Positions 24,289-38,267 of a stretch of 64,000 nucleotides of DNA are shown here, piece by piece (position 1 is the stretch's first letter; each line of letters starts with the position of its first letter). A model generated the notes under the pieces. It did not search any database, was not told the DNA's origin, and was given only the letters and a program-made list of their open reading frames with translations. Both the position numbers and the translations under genes were made by a program. The DNA comes from the human T2T-CHM13v2.0 reference genome, Homo sapiens. The DNA is taken from NCBI RefSeq assembly GCF_009914755.1, contig NC_060931.1. One strand, given 5' to 3'.

Positions 24289-25865
24289 GTGGATTCCGCC
24301 ACTTTCTTTCTAACACAATGAAGATAGAGTTGGTGACCTCCTCAAACCTTCATAAAGGCATAACTTGTAACAACACAAGTTATGGTTTGTGACAAATATC
24401 ACCAGAAGCCCCAAGCAGAGTCGAGACGTGCGCAGAAACTGCACAAGCCAACCTGGCTCAGGCCTGGGAGAGCATCCCTCCGAGGAGCATCCCTCCGAGG
24501 ATCCCCCACAGCCTTCCCGTCCTCGGAGCAAATGCAGCTGTGTCCTTCCCGCACCGTGGGCCTGGCCCTCACCTCCCCCCACCCCACACCCAGCTTCTCC
24601 ACCAGCTCCCCAGGCCTCCTCCCCACAAGGCGCGTCCTGGGCCTCCCTGACCCCGGCCATGCCCCCCGCCACCGGAGCCACTTCACTGCCTTCCCTGGCC
24701 ACAGCTCCCTGAAGACAGGGCCAGCCTGCGTCTCCGTGTCCAGTCCTTGGACGTGCTAAATCCTCAGCGAGTGTCTGCCAAGACACATGTGATGAGCAGG
24801 TGAAGGAACATGTCTGACCTCCTGCTTCAGTGCCATGGAGGCCTCACCAGCCCCAGGCCATGGGCTGGCCTCTCCATTTCCTCCTTCTGAGAATACCGTG
24901 GAGTTGGGATTGTGTTTGCCTGTTTACAGGGACTACGGTCAGTGTCCCTCCCAGGCCGCTGGTCCTTCCTAACACCTGGCGGCCCACTGCTCAGCCATGT
25001 GGGGGTTGTGCACAGGGCAGGGCTCCGAGGTGTGGGCTCCACTCTGTGGGGGGGTCTCACAGCAGCCACACAGAGCTGGCCATTCCCTCACCGTGACCTC
25101 TGCAGAGAGTAGAATTGTCTGTGTACATGGGGCTGGGGCCAGGCTGTCCTCCGCCAGCTCTCACCCCAGGCTCCCCTGGTCTTCCTGCCCCGTATCCCAG
25201 ATTCATCAGCACCAGCCACATCTCACCTGCCCCACAAGCTGCGCCTCGGTGCTGCTGTCTCAACCACCTTCCTGTGTAGCAGGGACCACCTACCTGTGTT
25301 GCTTGTGCTATGTCTGTTGGTTTAAAGCCCATCTCTGATCCCGCCCGACACACAGCAGGGACTCAGCAGGACACTCAGTCTAAACGACAGGGTAGGGGGC
25401 AGGCAGGGACAGCCGAGGAGCTGCTCCTGGGTGTTCCTGTGTTGTGTGAGCACATGGAGGAAGTTGGTGTGTACTAAGCAGTGAAGCTGCTAGCAACTGG
25501 CTGTGTAACAGCTGCCAAGTAACACATCATGTTTCCACAGAGCTCCAGAGGCATCAGCCTAAACAAGAGGCTCCCGAGAAGGTGCACTCATACAGTGTGG
25601 TGGGGGTACCCGTGCTTGGGTGCAGGACAGGCGGGGGCACCCGCCTGGGCAGCCTCCAGATGCTGCTGAGGTTTGCCATGGGGTATGAACGCCAGGTGAC
25701 GTCCCAAAACAGGCCACTCAATCACTCCCCAGAGCCGGTCAGCCGTCTCTTGCCCTGTGAAATGCACATTTACAAAGCGTCACCTGGTGTATCAGGAACA
25801 GGTTCACTTGCTGTCTCAGACCTGTGAATGCCTACATTTCAGCTGATTTAGAACCACGCATGCTG

Positions 25866-26182
25866 GGCCAGGCTCGGTGGCTCACACCTGTAATCCCAGC
25901 ACTTTGGGAGGCTGAGGGGGACGGATCAAGAGGTCAGGAGATTGAGACCATCCTGGCTAACACGGTGAAACCCCGTCTCTACTAAAAATACAAAAAAAAA
26001 AAAAATTAGCCAGGTGTGGTGGCGGGTGCCTGTACTTCCAGCTACTCGGGAGGCTGAGGCAGGAGAGTGGCATGAACATGGGAGGCGGAGCTTCCAGTAA
26101 GCCGAGATCACACCACTGCACTGCACTCCAGCCTGGGCAACAGAGCAAAACTCCGTCTCAAAAACGGAAAAAAAAAAAAAAA
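25866..26182 (+). mobile_element. AluY-like element with decayed 16-bp TSD
   Basis: AluY-type 'gagattgagaccatcctggctaacacggtg' and 'ggcatgaacatgggaggcggagctt'. Flanks agaaccacgcatgctg (25850-25865) and agaactgtgcacgatg (26182-26197). Confidence 0.93.
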
Positions 26183-27179
26183 GAACTGTGCACGATGGAC
26201 ACTGGCCTCGGTGAGTCCACAACAGGAAGCAAACAAGGATTAAAGTGCCCGGAATTGGAAGACACAACATTTCCTACACAGCCTGAGTCTAAGGTGATGA
26301 GGGGTGGAAACACCAGCTCCTCAGGGGGCCAGCCCTGTGAGGGAAACGTGTGCTCACGAAAGTCAGCCTGGCCTTCGAGCCCACCAAGGGGCTTTGGGAT
26401 CACACAGCCAGGGGCAAATCTCAGCTCTGCAGCCTGAGAAAAGTCACCCAAATGCCTCAATCCCCTTCTCAGACAGGCAGACAGACAATAATAACAATGA
26501 TGCCTGGGACACAGGACATTAGAATGCCCGCAGCACTCACACAGCACCTGGTGGGCACTAAGCACCCGTCGCTGTTGGTCCTGGGGCTAACGCTGATGGG
26601 AGGAGCAGCTGCGTGCATATTTACTTCTGAATATTTTCACATTTTAAAATCATCTCCATTTTGCTTTGGAATGCGTGGCATCTCTGCTGTGCAGGTGCTG
26701 ACACGCCCCAGAGCAAGCATTGGCTGTGTCGGCAGAGGAAGGTGGGAAGGCCCAGGGGAGGCCAGCAGGAGGACGGACTCACCAGGACACCCCCAAGGAC
26801 AGGGAAGGTGCTGCTGACCACGGCCAGCAACGACGAGCCATGGTGACAGCTCACACACAGCTGCAAACTCACATCGCTGCCTCTGGAACCACAGAGTGCT
26901 CTGTATTAGATATTTTGTGCATTTTTGACCAAAATGAGTCAAATGTGGGGAGAGTGGCAACTGTGTGAGTCTGGGCTCCAATCAGCAGCGAAGATGCAGT
27001 GTGGGAATGACAGCAGCTTCCCTCTGCGGACACAGCACACACTCACCACACCTGGGCTGTGTCCACCAGCCCCAGGGGCTGTGGGGAGGGGCGGTCACCA
27101 GAAGGGGCCAGGCGGGAGCAGGACCAGCTCACAGTCTCCCCAGGCCTCCCCAGCCAGCATGAGTTCTCAGCATCTCCTC

Positions 27180-27375
27180 TACACACATGGACAAACACCA
27201 CACACACGTGTACATCACACATGCCACACACCACACATATGCACACCACACACGTGCCACACACAGCACACATATGCACGCTACCACACACATGCACACA
27301 TGTATCTCACATACCACACACAAGCATGCACGCCACACATGCCATACACACCACACGCATGCCACATGCACACCC
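27180..27375. repeat. CA-rich low-complexity tract
   Basis: Degenerate (CA)n/CACAT/CACG run. Confidence 0.85.
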
Positions 27376-28298
27376 CTAACTTAAGGCCTAGCTCCAAGTT
27401 TCTGTCACAACCAAGAGGGAAAACAGAGAGAATGCAAAAGAAGTGAGATCCATTCCTAGGACAGGCTGACCCCAAAAATAAGTAGAATTACGTCAGATAT
27501 TTAGAACATGGAATTAGTGATTTGGTTCCCTGGCTAGTCCATCAAAGCCTGTCGATCCAAAATACAATTTAAATGCCACATGCTTGCAATAAAAAGCAAT
27601 GGAAAGCAAGGTCTTTACAGTAATAATTAAGTGAAGCAATGAAATTGAATCCAAAATTATTTTTTGTTTCTCTTCAATACTGATGCTGGTACATGAGGAA
27701 AACAGAACAAGCATAATTGGACTGAATGAGGGAAGGTGGCAATTTGCGGAGGCTCTGCAGGAGCTCCTGGGAATGCTGGGGACCTGGACATCCCACGCCG
27801 GCCTCCCCGTGTGCCACAGACTCAGCTCTGCTCCCTGGAGCAGGTTTCATGCACTGGGACAGGGAGCTCTGGTACCCCACGACTTAAACACATAGAGCAA
27901 GGCGGGGGGGGTTCCATGTGGGCAAGGTGAAGAGAAAGCCCACGATGGAACCAGCTACAGCACACGTGTGAGAGCGTGTGCCTGTGAGCACCCATGTGTG
28001 CATATATGTGTGCCCATGTGAGGTGTATGTGTGCAGGTTTACACTAACATATGAAACAGAGTGAGTGCTGGGGTTGCAAAGACCCAGACCACAAAGAGCT
28101 GGTGGCAAAGGAAAAGAAACATGCACACTCCCAAGATCTGTTTCACAGCAGAACCCACTCCTTCCTGCTCCTGAGGGGCGAGGCAAGAGGTGTCGGGCCA
28201 TGTGGGTCCCATGCAGGTTCCAGGAAGGACGTTCACTCAGCAGAGCAGGGGAATGGCAGGCTGGGGGGAGCTAGTGATCAAGTGCCCTCAAAACATAC

Positions 28299-28430
28299 AC
28301 GTGTGTGTGTGTAAGCATGTGTACGGATGTATCTGTATGCGGATGTGTGTGGCCACATGTATGTATATGAGCATGTGCATGGGGGTGTGTGTGTGAACAT
28401 GTGCATGGGCGTGGGTGAGCATGTGCACAC
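28299..28430. repeat. TG-rich low-complexity tract
   Basis: Degenerate (TG)n/GCATGT run. Confidence 0.8.
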
Positions 28431-31351
28431 AAACAAAAACAAACCACAACAGACTGTGTTCAAAGCGAGAGGATCCCTAAGCTGCGATGAGGGAACTGAA
28501 TTTAATGTCCTAGGTTACAGCCCGGCCAACAGCTGCCCCAAACCATGCCTGACACAGCAAATTTACAGACACATCACCCTACAGCGCTCAGGTAACGGCT
28601 TCCCAGCCACGCCCCATTACCCACGTCCCATGCTGCCATCCAAGAAACGCTCCAGGGAAGGGAAGCCAAGGCTGTCAGTTCACATCTCCCTCTCCAGAGT
28701 CGAGCTCAAGCCCGCGGCTGCCACCCTCCATGAACTGATGGGGAAGGGGGCCACAGGAAGGCCCCAACCCCATCCAGATCCAGGCCTGCGAGCCCAGGGG
28801 TGGCACAGAAACAGCAGGTGTTCCCTGAGAGAACGACCCAGGGCTGTGGCAAAGCCCCCTCCAGGCTCAGCTCATCCCACCTGTGGGGAAGGCACCATGA
28901 GGCCTCCTCACGAGGCAGACGGGTGTTTGCTGTGGTGGACAGATGCCCACATCTCACGCGCAGCCTCCTGGAAGGCAGCAGATGCAAACACCCCAGCTGA
29001 GAGGAGGAGGCTGAAGCAAGTGCAGGAAAGAACAAAACCAATGCACCACTGGACCATCACCTTTAGAGAAAAAGGTTAAGAAATCTGTATCACATAAAAC
29101 AACCTCCAAACACCAGGCTCGACGCCCTCACCCACCACCTGCCCTCTGCTCATAGAAAGAACGTGGTGAACAGGAGCATATTTTACACAAACACATGCCT
29201 CCTCCCAGCCACGCTGGCTCCAACCTACTAGGCACCTGGAAGCTGAACGCATCACTGCACTCACACGTGCCTAAACACTTAGGTGCGCCGAGAAGCCCAG
29301 GCATTTGGGGTTTCCACTGACAAGGACACGGAAGGCAAAAAACCCAAAGCAACGTGGGTCCTTCCCTCTGAAGGGTCAGATAAACCGGCTTATTTTATTC
29401 TTAGAATAGGTTTTTGCCACAGTGAAAACTGAATAAACAACAAAGTCAGAAAGGGGCGTGTCCATCCACAGACTTTAATCCTGCATTAACAGAGGCTCCC
29501 TAAAGAAGGGGGTGCCGGAGGGAGGTGCAGACCGCTTCAGGGTTGGCCCAGCACCTGGGTGGTGCCCATGCCCCCAGTGTAAAAAGATCCTCAGCTCGTC
29601 GGGCACGACCTTGCTTTGTTATCTGCTCTTGGCCTCTGTCCATTCTCAAGCCACGTCACGTCTCTATGACCAGGCTCTTAGATGCCCAAAAGCGACATTG
29701 GGAGAGGAAACTGTCAGCCCCCAGCGTGGCTCCTGTGGCTTCTGAGAAGCCCCAGATGTCAAACAGGCATCAGAGCATTCCAGTCACGTGCCCCACAGAG
29801 TCATCACGGAGACAGCAGAGACAGCCATGAGATTTGCTCAGGCTTTCAGCAAACCCCCACCGATGCCTCCACACTGGAAGTTGGAGCGTGGTGGACCGTG
29901 CGTTATAATAAAGTTGCTATTGTATGTGACTTTGATCCTACAAAGAGGAAAAAACATGGGTAAAAAGTAAGAAAAGACCAAAAACGTCACTAAACTTCAA
30001 AAACCCGGGACATGATGTGATTAGAGGAACAGCATGGAACATGGCAAAAAATACATAACAAAACAACAAAAACCAGCAACAGGCGCTTCCTCCAGACACA
30101 CCACGGCACACTTCAACCTGTTCCTTACAAGACTACATTGAGCGTGCTGGTGTTAAATGCGTGCAGGCTTCCGTGCAGGAGCCCTCTGCACATGGCAGAG
30201 AGAATGTGGCCCGTGCTGCACTCTGACGCGCAGACCATCTTGATGGCTCAGGGACGGCCAGGCTCCACCACACCTGCTCCCTCCTGACTGGCCTCTCTCT
30301 ACCAAGCCAGGGACAAGGCCTCATCCCCAGAACCACCAAAGGATTAACTTAAAGCAAAACAAACACAAGCAAACAGAACAGAAATGACTTGGGTTCCTGT
30401 CACTTTGTGCTCCCAAGCCATTCCAAGAGACCAGCAATTAATAACTCGCAAAGAATTAGCTCACCTCCAACAACCACGGGAGCTTGAAAACCACTTCCTT
30501 CCCTAGTTTTGTTACTTGCAGAATGAACTGATTCTCAAATCCCTGGAGATACTGGGCTGAGTGCATTTGTCCTAATTACAGCAACATCATCTTCCTCAGT
30601 GCACCCTCGCTCACAGGGCAGCGCCCAAGATCTGCACTCACCAAAGTGAGCCTCTCACAGATGGAATCTGTGCAAACTTTAAGTCCCAACAAAACTTTGC
30701 CAAACTCACTTGTTGAGCAAGAAGCTCAGAAATGGAGATTTCTAGGACCCTCCGCATCTGGCTGCAAATCCCAGACACAAACCATCCAAGGAGATCGCAC
30801 CTTTGCCTTCCACTGAGTGGCCCAACGTGGAGTGCTAGGAAGCCATCAGGAGCCAGACAGACCTATGTCCACTCCCGGAGGCACCGCCAGGACCCTGTCC
30901 TGCGTGATGGGTCTCCCTGCAACACACGAGGAGTCCCTATCCCAGGGGCCAGAGGGGACGTCCCGCAGAGACCGTCCTGACCCCAGCCCTCTGCATTGCA
31001 CCAGGTGGACACCACAGAAGCTCTAGCCTGAGGCACCGAGCCGTCAATCTTCCATCAATCGATGAAGCTCTCACCTATAACGGACATCCTTTCGCCACCA
31101 CACAGCATTTACCAAGCTTTCCAGGGTGCCCTGATGGACATGCTCACAATGCCTCGGGGATTTCCTCTGAAGATGTGGATGCAGAATGAACACCATGAAA
31201 ACACAGCTCCCACTCCGGGTACATCCCAAAGTCGCACGTCAGGCCCTCCGTGCCGCCGTCACAGCTGCTCTCTCCCCAGCCACCACTGCCTTTGCTGGGG
31301 ATGCCTTGCCTGAAGATGCAGGGGCTACCCTCCCTGGGCCTCCACTGGCCA

Positions 31352-31850
31352 GTGCAGGTTGTGACCACCCACCCCCCGGGCTCCATCAGGGATGGCTGTG
31401 GGTGCAGGTTGTGGCCACCCATGCCCCGGGCTCCATCAGGGATGGCTGTGGGTGCAGGTTGTGACCACCCACGCCCTGGGCTCCGTCAGGGATGGCTGTG
31501 GGTGCAGGTTGTGACCACCCACACCCCGGGCTCCGTCAGGGATGGCTGTGGGTGCAGGTTGTGACCACCCACCCCCCGGGCTCCATCAGGGATGGCTGTG
31601 GGTGCAGGTTGTGACCACCCACGCCCCGGGCTCCGTCAGGGATGGCTGTGGGTGCAGGTTGTGACCACCCACGCCCCGGGCTCCGTCAGGGATGGCTGTG
31701 GGTGCAGGTTGTGGCCACCCACGCCCTGGGCTCCGTCAGGGATGGCTGTGGGTGCAGGTTGTGACCACCCATGCCCTGGGCTCTGTCAGGGATGGCTGTG
31801 GGTGCAGGTTGTGACCACCCATGCCACAGGCTTCATCAGGGACAGCTGTG
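31352..31850. repeat. Minisatellite, 50-bp unit, 10 copies
   Basis: GGTGCAGGTTGTGACCACCCACGCCCCGGGCTCCGTCAGGGATGGCTGTG at 31401, 31451 and so on to 31801. Confidence 0.97.
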
Positions 31851-32683
31851 TGCTGCTCTTCATTTCCCAAACGCAGTGGGATCAGGCCTGGCTGGATGTC
31901 TGAACTGCGACTCTGCCCCAACTGCTGCCCTCATTGCCGTACCCCAAGAGCCTCCATCCATCTTGCAATGGAGCTGCCACTCAGCTTGTCCACCACAGTC
32001 CCTCCTGAAGACACATCTCTGCGAAGCTCCCCCCATCACCCAGGCCAAAGCTAGCCTACCACGTCACACAGTGGCCATCTGCCCGGGCATGTTTCACCTC
32101 GGCTGTGCAGACCCTCTGAAGACGAGACATTCTCCATATGTTTCTTGGCTCCAGGCAGCTCATCGACAGATAACATCCTGCTAGATCAGCAGAGACGACG
32201 CCTGCACGTTGGGCAGCCTGCACAGCCAGGGAGGGCGGGGTGGGAAACGCAGCGGGAGACAGTGAGGTGGGGGTCTGGAAGTCCTGCCTCGAGCCTCGTC
32301 AGCAGGCAGGCGTTTCAGTGTTCCCCAGAACTACACCTCAGTATGCCCTCGCAGAAAGGAGCACTTCACACAACATCTTTAGAGACCAGCCACCTCCAAA
32401 GCCTCTGTTCCTCCTGCATTGCCTCCCAAATGATCTCCCAGCCTGGGAATGTCAGATTCTCAGATTCCATGGGGTATTCTTTTCTGTGGCTGTTACTCAT
32501 GTAATCTAAGGAAGTGTTGAAGTTCTGAGTTACCCTGTAGCAAAGGCATATCTTGTTCCTTCCACAATCTGGTCGAAGAAAACAGCAGCTTTGATCTCAG
32601 ATACTCTTAACTACTCAGTACCAAGGGAAGTTGTGGGCTTTGAGCCAACCACACCTAATGTCAATGCTCACTCCCTCCCCATT

Positions 32684-32790
32684 CAGCTGCGTGAATTCGG
32701 GTAAGTTTCTTACATGAGCTGAGCCTTGTTTTTCCTTTCTGTAAATTGGGGATTTAAAATGCCCACCTCACTGGGTCATGGTAAGAACCT
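32684..32790 (+). mobile_element. MIR fragment
   Basis: 'agctgcgtgaattcgggtaagtttcttac..ctgagccttgtttttcctttctgtaaattgggg..cccacctcactggg'. Confidence 0.65.
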
Positions 32791-33749
32791 GCAATGGGAG
32801 GGTACCTGCATTTAATCTGTGCTGTTTTCGTTCTCCTGATACAGAACTGTGTCAGAATCCTGCTTTCTGCGGCTGGACTATTTGTCAACTGCCTGTTAGA
32901 GCACCTGGGGAGCGGCTGGGGCTTTCTCTGGGGTCAGACCATGGCACTGAGGACTTCTTGTAGCATTCAGGTGGCTATTGAAATCATACAAAAACAATTA
33001 ATAGGCAACCATTAGAAATTAGGCAATAAAGTTTTTTCAGTTAGTTGGTCAACTGTGTACACAACACAAAGCAGAATACAGAGTGTGTATATGTCCTCAA
33101 CCATGATTGTTTTTACATAAAGTGTTTAAAAAAAAAGACTGGAAGGAAACACAGTAAATCTTAATATAGCGGCTATACTTGATTATATTTGGGATTTTTT
33201 CTTTCATTTTCTATAAAATGTCTAAGTTTTCCATCCAGTTTATTTTTAAAATCTGCAAAAGTACTTCAAAAATGAGTAATCTAAAAGTCTGGTTCCATAC
33301 TAGATAAGATGAAGAAAAATAAAATTTCAGTTCACATCCAAAAGGTTGGGACCTTACTAACCAGAACCCCACACATAACCACACAAAACACTCAAAACAA
33401 CCACACAAAGCAACCACAACTCCAGCCCATACCTTCCATTTAGTTTTGTTGTGGATGTTGGCGATGCAATGCCCCAAATCTCATTAAGCCCATCAATTAA
33501 AATTCAAAAATATAAAACATGAAAACTAAAATAAAGAAGGTCTGAAATGCCCTTTAAATTTTGCTGAAAATCATCACCTCCTCCTCTGGGTCCAGACAGG
33601 GCTAGACAGAGGCTTGCCTAATGAAAGTGATTGTCTTAGATTTGAAACTTTGCCTGGTTTCATAAACTTGATGATGTTTTCAAGAAAATAAACAATAAGA
33701 AGTTAAGTAAGTGCTGCCCTGCCTTGTCTATTGTGCACCAGGCACACAT

Positions 33750-34237
33750 GAAGACACAAGGGCCTTCCCAGCCCACTATAACCCAGATGGGACTCAGGAA
33801 GACCCCACAAGGGCCTTTCCAGCCCGCCATTGACAAGATGAGACTCAGGAAGACACAAGGGCCTTCCCAGCCCACCATCAACAAGACGGGACTCAGGAAG
33901 ACACAAGGACCCTCCCAGCCCACCATCACCGAGACGGGACTCAGGAAAACACAAGGGCCTTCCCAGGCAGCCATCACCAGGATGTGACTCAGGAAGACAC
34001 AAGGGCCTTCCCAGCCCACCATTGACAAAACAAGACTCAGGAAGACACAAGGGCCTTCCCAGCCCACCATTGACGAGATGAGACTCAGGAAGACACAAGG
34101 GCCTTCCCAGTCCACCATCGACAAGACGAGACTCAGGAAGACACAATGACCTTCCCAGCCTGCCATCACTGAGACAAGACTCAGGAAGACACAAGGGCCT
34201 TCCCAGCCCACCATCAATAAGACGGGACTCAGGAAAA
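33750..34237. repeat. Minisatellite, 48-bp unit, ~10 diverged copies
   Basis: GACTCAGGAAGACACAAGGGCCTTCCCAGCCCACCATYGACAAGAYGA; gives a 16-aa period in ORF 33660..34217. Confidence 0.95.
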
Positions 34238-34282
34238 CAACTGAGCAAACATCTGTCAGTAGGACACGGGTGGAGACAGACT

Positions 34283-34615
34283 GTGCCCCGGACTGAATGT
34301 GTGAGTCCTCCCAAAACTCCTACGTGATGGTGTTAGGAGGGCCCTCTGGGACATGACTGGGCCATCAGGGTGGAGCCTCAGGATGGGATTAGTGCCCTTA
34401 TAGGAAGAGACTCAGGAGCCCACCCTCTGCTCGCCCCTGTGAGGTCCCAGTGAGAAGACAGGCCTCTGCAAACCAGAAGCAGGCGCTCCCAGACACCAAG
34501 TCTGCTGGCACCTTGACCCCACACTTCCAGCCTCCAGAAATGTGAAAAATAAACATCCATTGTTTAAGCCCGAGGCTGCAGCATATTTGTTATAGCATCC
34601 TGAGCGGACTATGAT
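34283..34615 (+). mobile_element. MLT1A-like solo LTR
   Basis: 'ggactgaatgtgtg..cctcccaaaa', 'gggtggagcctcaggatgggattagtgcccttata', 'tctgctggcaccttga', 'cttccagcctccagaaatgtgaaaaataaa', 'tttgttatagca'. Confidence 0.88.
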
Positions 34616-37053
34616 GAATAGCATAGCCAAATTAGGATAACTGGAGAGGGATGGCTTACAAGGGCAAGGGTCAGGCATAAGGAACCACAGGAAGAGGCTC
34701 TCTAGTTCAGCAGTAATGTCGTCGTTAGCACCCAAGGCCCAAACGAGGAAGCAGAGTCATGCATGAGAGTCAACTGTCAGGAAACAGTGAGCTGCAGCCC
34801 AAGGACAGGCCAGCGGGGGCTGTCGCCAGGGAGGAAGTGCAGTCCACATGCCGTCTCTATCCAAGCTCCAGCTCCCTCTGCCATTCTCCTGCCTCAGAAC
34901 AGGGAAAAGGTGCTCTGAAGCTGCGCTCCCTTCCACTCAGCCAGAGAAGACCAGCAGACCAGGGGCCAGAGGCAGGTGAGTCAGGACAGAGGTCAAAGGA
35001 CCCACAGACCTGTGGGACACAGAGCAGGACGTGGAGGGTGGGCACCCCGCAGAGCACCCGGCCTCATCTGCCAGCCCAGCAACGAGCCTGGACTGTGCTG
35101 CAAACTCGATTCCTTGCATATAAATGTGAACATTAGGCTAAATGACCCTTACATTACCAGTTTATCTCACCAGCGCTTTCAGCCTATTTCTTATTTAGGT
35201 CTCTGATAAATGACTTCATCTTTATTTATGAATGTTCCTTTCCCTGTAATATTTGCTAGCTTCACCTTGACCTCATAAATGTAATTTGTTGTTTCAAATT
35301 CTAGTAGCAGAACTGCATTTTAAAATGCTGAAAAGCCATCACTTTAGAGCTGGTGAGAGAAAACATTACTTTTTTTCATTACTCATTTCTTCTAGATTTG
35401 GAAGCAAAATCTGGCTTTCCAAGCACGGAAGGAGTAGACCACCACAGGGACAGAGGGTCCCCCTGTGGAGCTCTCTTCCGGACGCTGGCGGAAAAGAGCA
35501 CAGCTCGTGCACCTTTAGAATCAGTGCCCCTTTTTAGGGGCCCCCTGTAAGTGGCTTTGTTTCTGGAAAATGTGGGGACACTTTTCATACTCGACGTAGC
35601 CCACAGCCAGGTCTGTGCACCGCATCTCGGAAAGTGTTTCGAGACCTGCTCGTCCGGTGACTGGCGCACGCTGCGCTCCCTCACAAACACTAACCCCAGT
35701 GGTTCTCCTCCCAGCACTGCCCCTCACCCCTGCGCGGCGTGTCCCTCTGGGAATCCACTCGCAGGCGACCTCCAGCGTGTGTCTACTTGCTGCTTCTGTC
35801 CCTGTTACCACCAAGGCTATGGCTGCAAGTTTCCAAGGAAAAAGCGCAGCCTCCGTGGGTCGTGATTTCTGTGGCTTCTATAATGCGTGTGTGCCTCTCC
35901 CAGCCGTCACACATGGCGTCTCAAGTGCCCCAGCCCACCCATGGGACCTGCAGAGACGCATCCCAGCGCCCTAGGCACTGAGAATAGGTGGGCGCTCACC
36001 TGACAGTGGCCTCCCATCCTCCACTGCCTTGAGCCCTTTCCCATGCACTGCACTACGGACACCCCAGCCACTACCTCATCCCAAAAGCAGGCGGCACCAC
36101 GGGGCGGGAAGAGGAACTCAGGTCCGTGAACACCTGCCTCGTGCAGGGCCCTGACTCCAGTGATTCTCGCAGCCTCGTAACCCCAACAACAGGCCCCGGA
36201 GCTCAGCTTTTTATTCCCACTTCACAGATGAGGGAACGAAGACACGACCCACCCAAACTCACAGGTGGGCAGGGGGTGGTCTGACTCCCAGCCCAGTCCC
36301 AGGACCTGCTGGAAGTGAGGCAGCACGAACCCCCCAGGGCTCAGCTCTCCAAATCCAAAATGGAGGGGTTTCCCTTCACCCCTCAGCGCTCTGGAGGGAA
36401 CGACAACTGCAGATTCCAAGGTGTTTCAGGGAAAAGCCATGCCCCCCGTGTCAGCCAGCACAGCCTGCAACGACCACACTGGTAACAAACAAGTAACTGT
36501 CCCATTTTCCCTGAACTATGTCTTCAATTTCATCTAAAAATGGAACTATGAATTCCAATGAGTCAGAGAATCTTTTAAAATGTATATTTAAATGCACTAA
36601 GATATTGAGTTGCTATATATCACATTCACCCTCTAGGCACCTGAAGACACAAGTGACAGCAATATTGGCTGTGTGCATTTCATTAAATAGGTTTACCCCC
36701 AAAACTGTCCACTTGCCTTTTAAACATCCTTAGGGTTGCTGCCTTCAAAAACAAGCCTTTTGTTTCCACAGAGAAATGCATGCAAGTGGCTCCTCCCTGC
36801 AAATCAGAACATCTGACCCTGGCCCAGCACCGGACTCCTGTCCTGGATGTGGTCTCAACAGCACAGCCTTGGAGCAAACCCAGGGAGCTCGAATGAGTGA
36901 CGGTCCTGGTGTGGGTTCAGCCATAACCTCCAGGACAGATGAGAGCAGGCACTTCTAAAGGGTGGCCCTTCCGAGAGGGAAAGGCCTGGAGCCTTACGCT
37001 GGAGCATGCTCACTCTGGGGGTCTAGCGCCGAGTCCCGGGTCCTGAGGGACAC

Positions 37054-37410
37054 ACTGTGAGCCTGGAGTTGGTGACGGCTGGGGACATACTGTGAGCCTG
37101 GAGCTGATGACAGCTGGAACCGGACGGTGCACTGTGAGCCTGGAGCTGGTGACGGCTGGGGACATACTGTGAGCCTGGAGCTGGTGGCTGCTGGAGACAT
37201 ACTGTGAGCCTGGAGCTGGTGACGGCTGGAACCAGACATTGCACTGTGAGCCTGCAGCTGGTGACAGCTGGGGACATACTGTGAGCCTGGACCTGGTGAC
37301 GGCTGGAACCGGACGGTGCACTGTGAACCTGGAGCTGATGACAGCTGGGGACATACTGTGAGCCTGGAGCTGGTGACGGCTGGGGACATACGGTGAGCCT
37401 GGAGCTGGGA
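37054..37410. repeat. Minisatellite with 35-bp and 42-bp units, 10 copies
   Basis: Unit starts at 37054, 37089, 37131, 37166, 37201, 37243, 37278, 37320, 37355 and 37390. Confidence 0.95.
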
Positions 37411-38267
37411 CTGGCTGGGACAGGCTGGTGCTGTGTGGTCTGGTCAGTGTCCCCACGTGGCTGCTGCAGCGGGTGCCTGAGTGGCCTTTGCAGTCACACA
37501 CAGGCAGGGACCGGGTCCCATGCCCTGGCTAGCCAAGGGCCTCACTCTGCATTTCCTCATGGTTCTTGTCTCTGCAGCCGGGGGCTCCCAGGAGCCTCGG
37601 GCCCACCAAGGCATCACCCTCCCTTTTTACTCCAAGCGTATTAGGGTCTCCTGCCCAGAAGTCACTGTCAATGCCCTTAACAAAAAGGGCTGTCAGCCCC
37701 TCCCTCGGGCCAGAGGAGCCCTGGAGAGCTAAGGTTCCTGGGGCTGCACAAGCTCAGCCCCCAGCCTCTGGGGCTCCATGGCTGGGCCCAGCTAGAGAGT
37801 CTATAAATGTGGAGGTGACGTGCTGGGTCTCGGGGGGCAATGAGGAGCCCAGGCTGGGCCCCCCACCTGTGCTCCATGGGAGGAAAGCACATGGCCAAGG
37901 GGGGGTTTCTTTGGAGGTGGCTCTGCTCCCACCCATGCCCCCAACACGCGTACCCTCCAAAGGGACAGCAGAGCGTCACCACCCCACATCCAGACGAGAC
38001 CACAAGGGACCCTGGGGCTTCGGGCAGGGGTGGGGTCGCCCCAGGGCCCACCGTGTGTGTCTGCATGGAGGAAGCTCTAACACCTCCCACCGCCAAGGTC
38101 TCTTCTGCCCTTAAAATTCCATGAGCTTTTCCTTCAGTGTGGAAGAACCAACAAGTTCTCGGGGCCTCCATCGACCTGTGGGGTTAGCACTTCGGTTTGG
38201 CTTTCTCCATTAGGTCACCAAGGCCAATGTGCCCCAGTGGCTGGTAACAACGTGTGCCACGTGTCCA

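Noticed and set aside
28327-29079. 250-aa ORF largely outside tandem repeats
   Set aside because: It starts in a TG low-complexity tract and shows no recognisable domain; such lengths are plausible by chance in GC-rich DNA.
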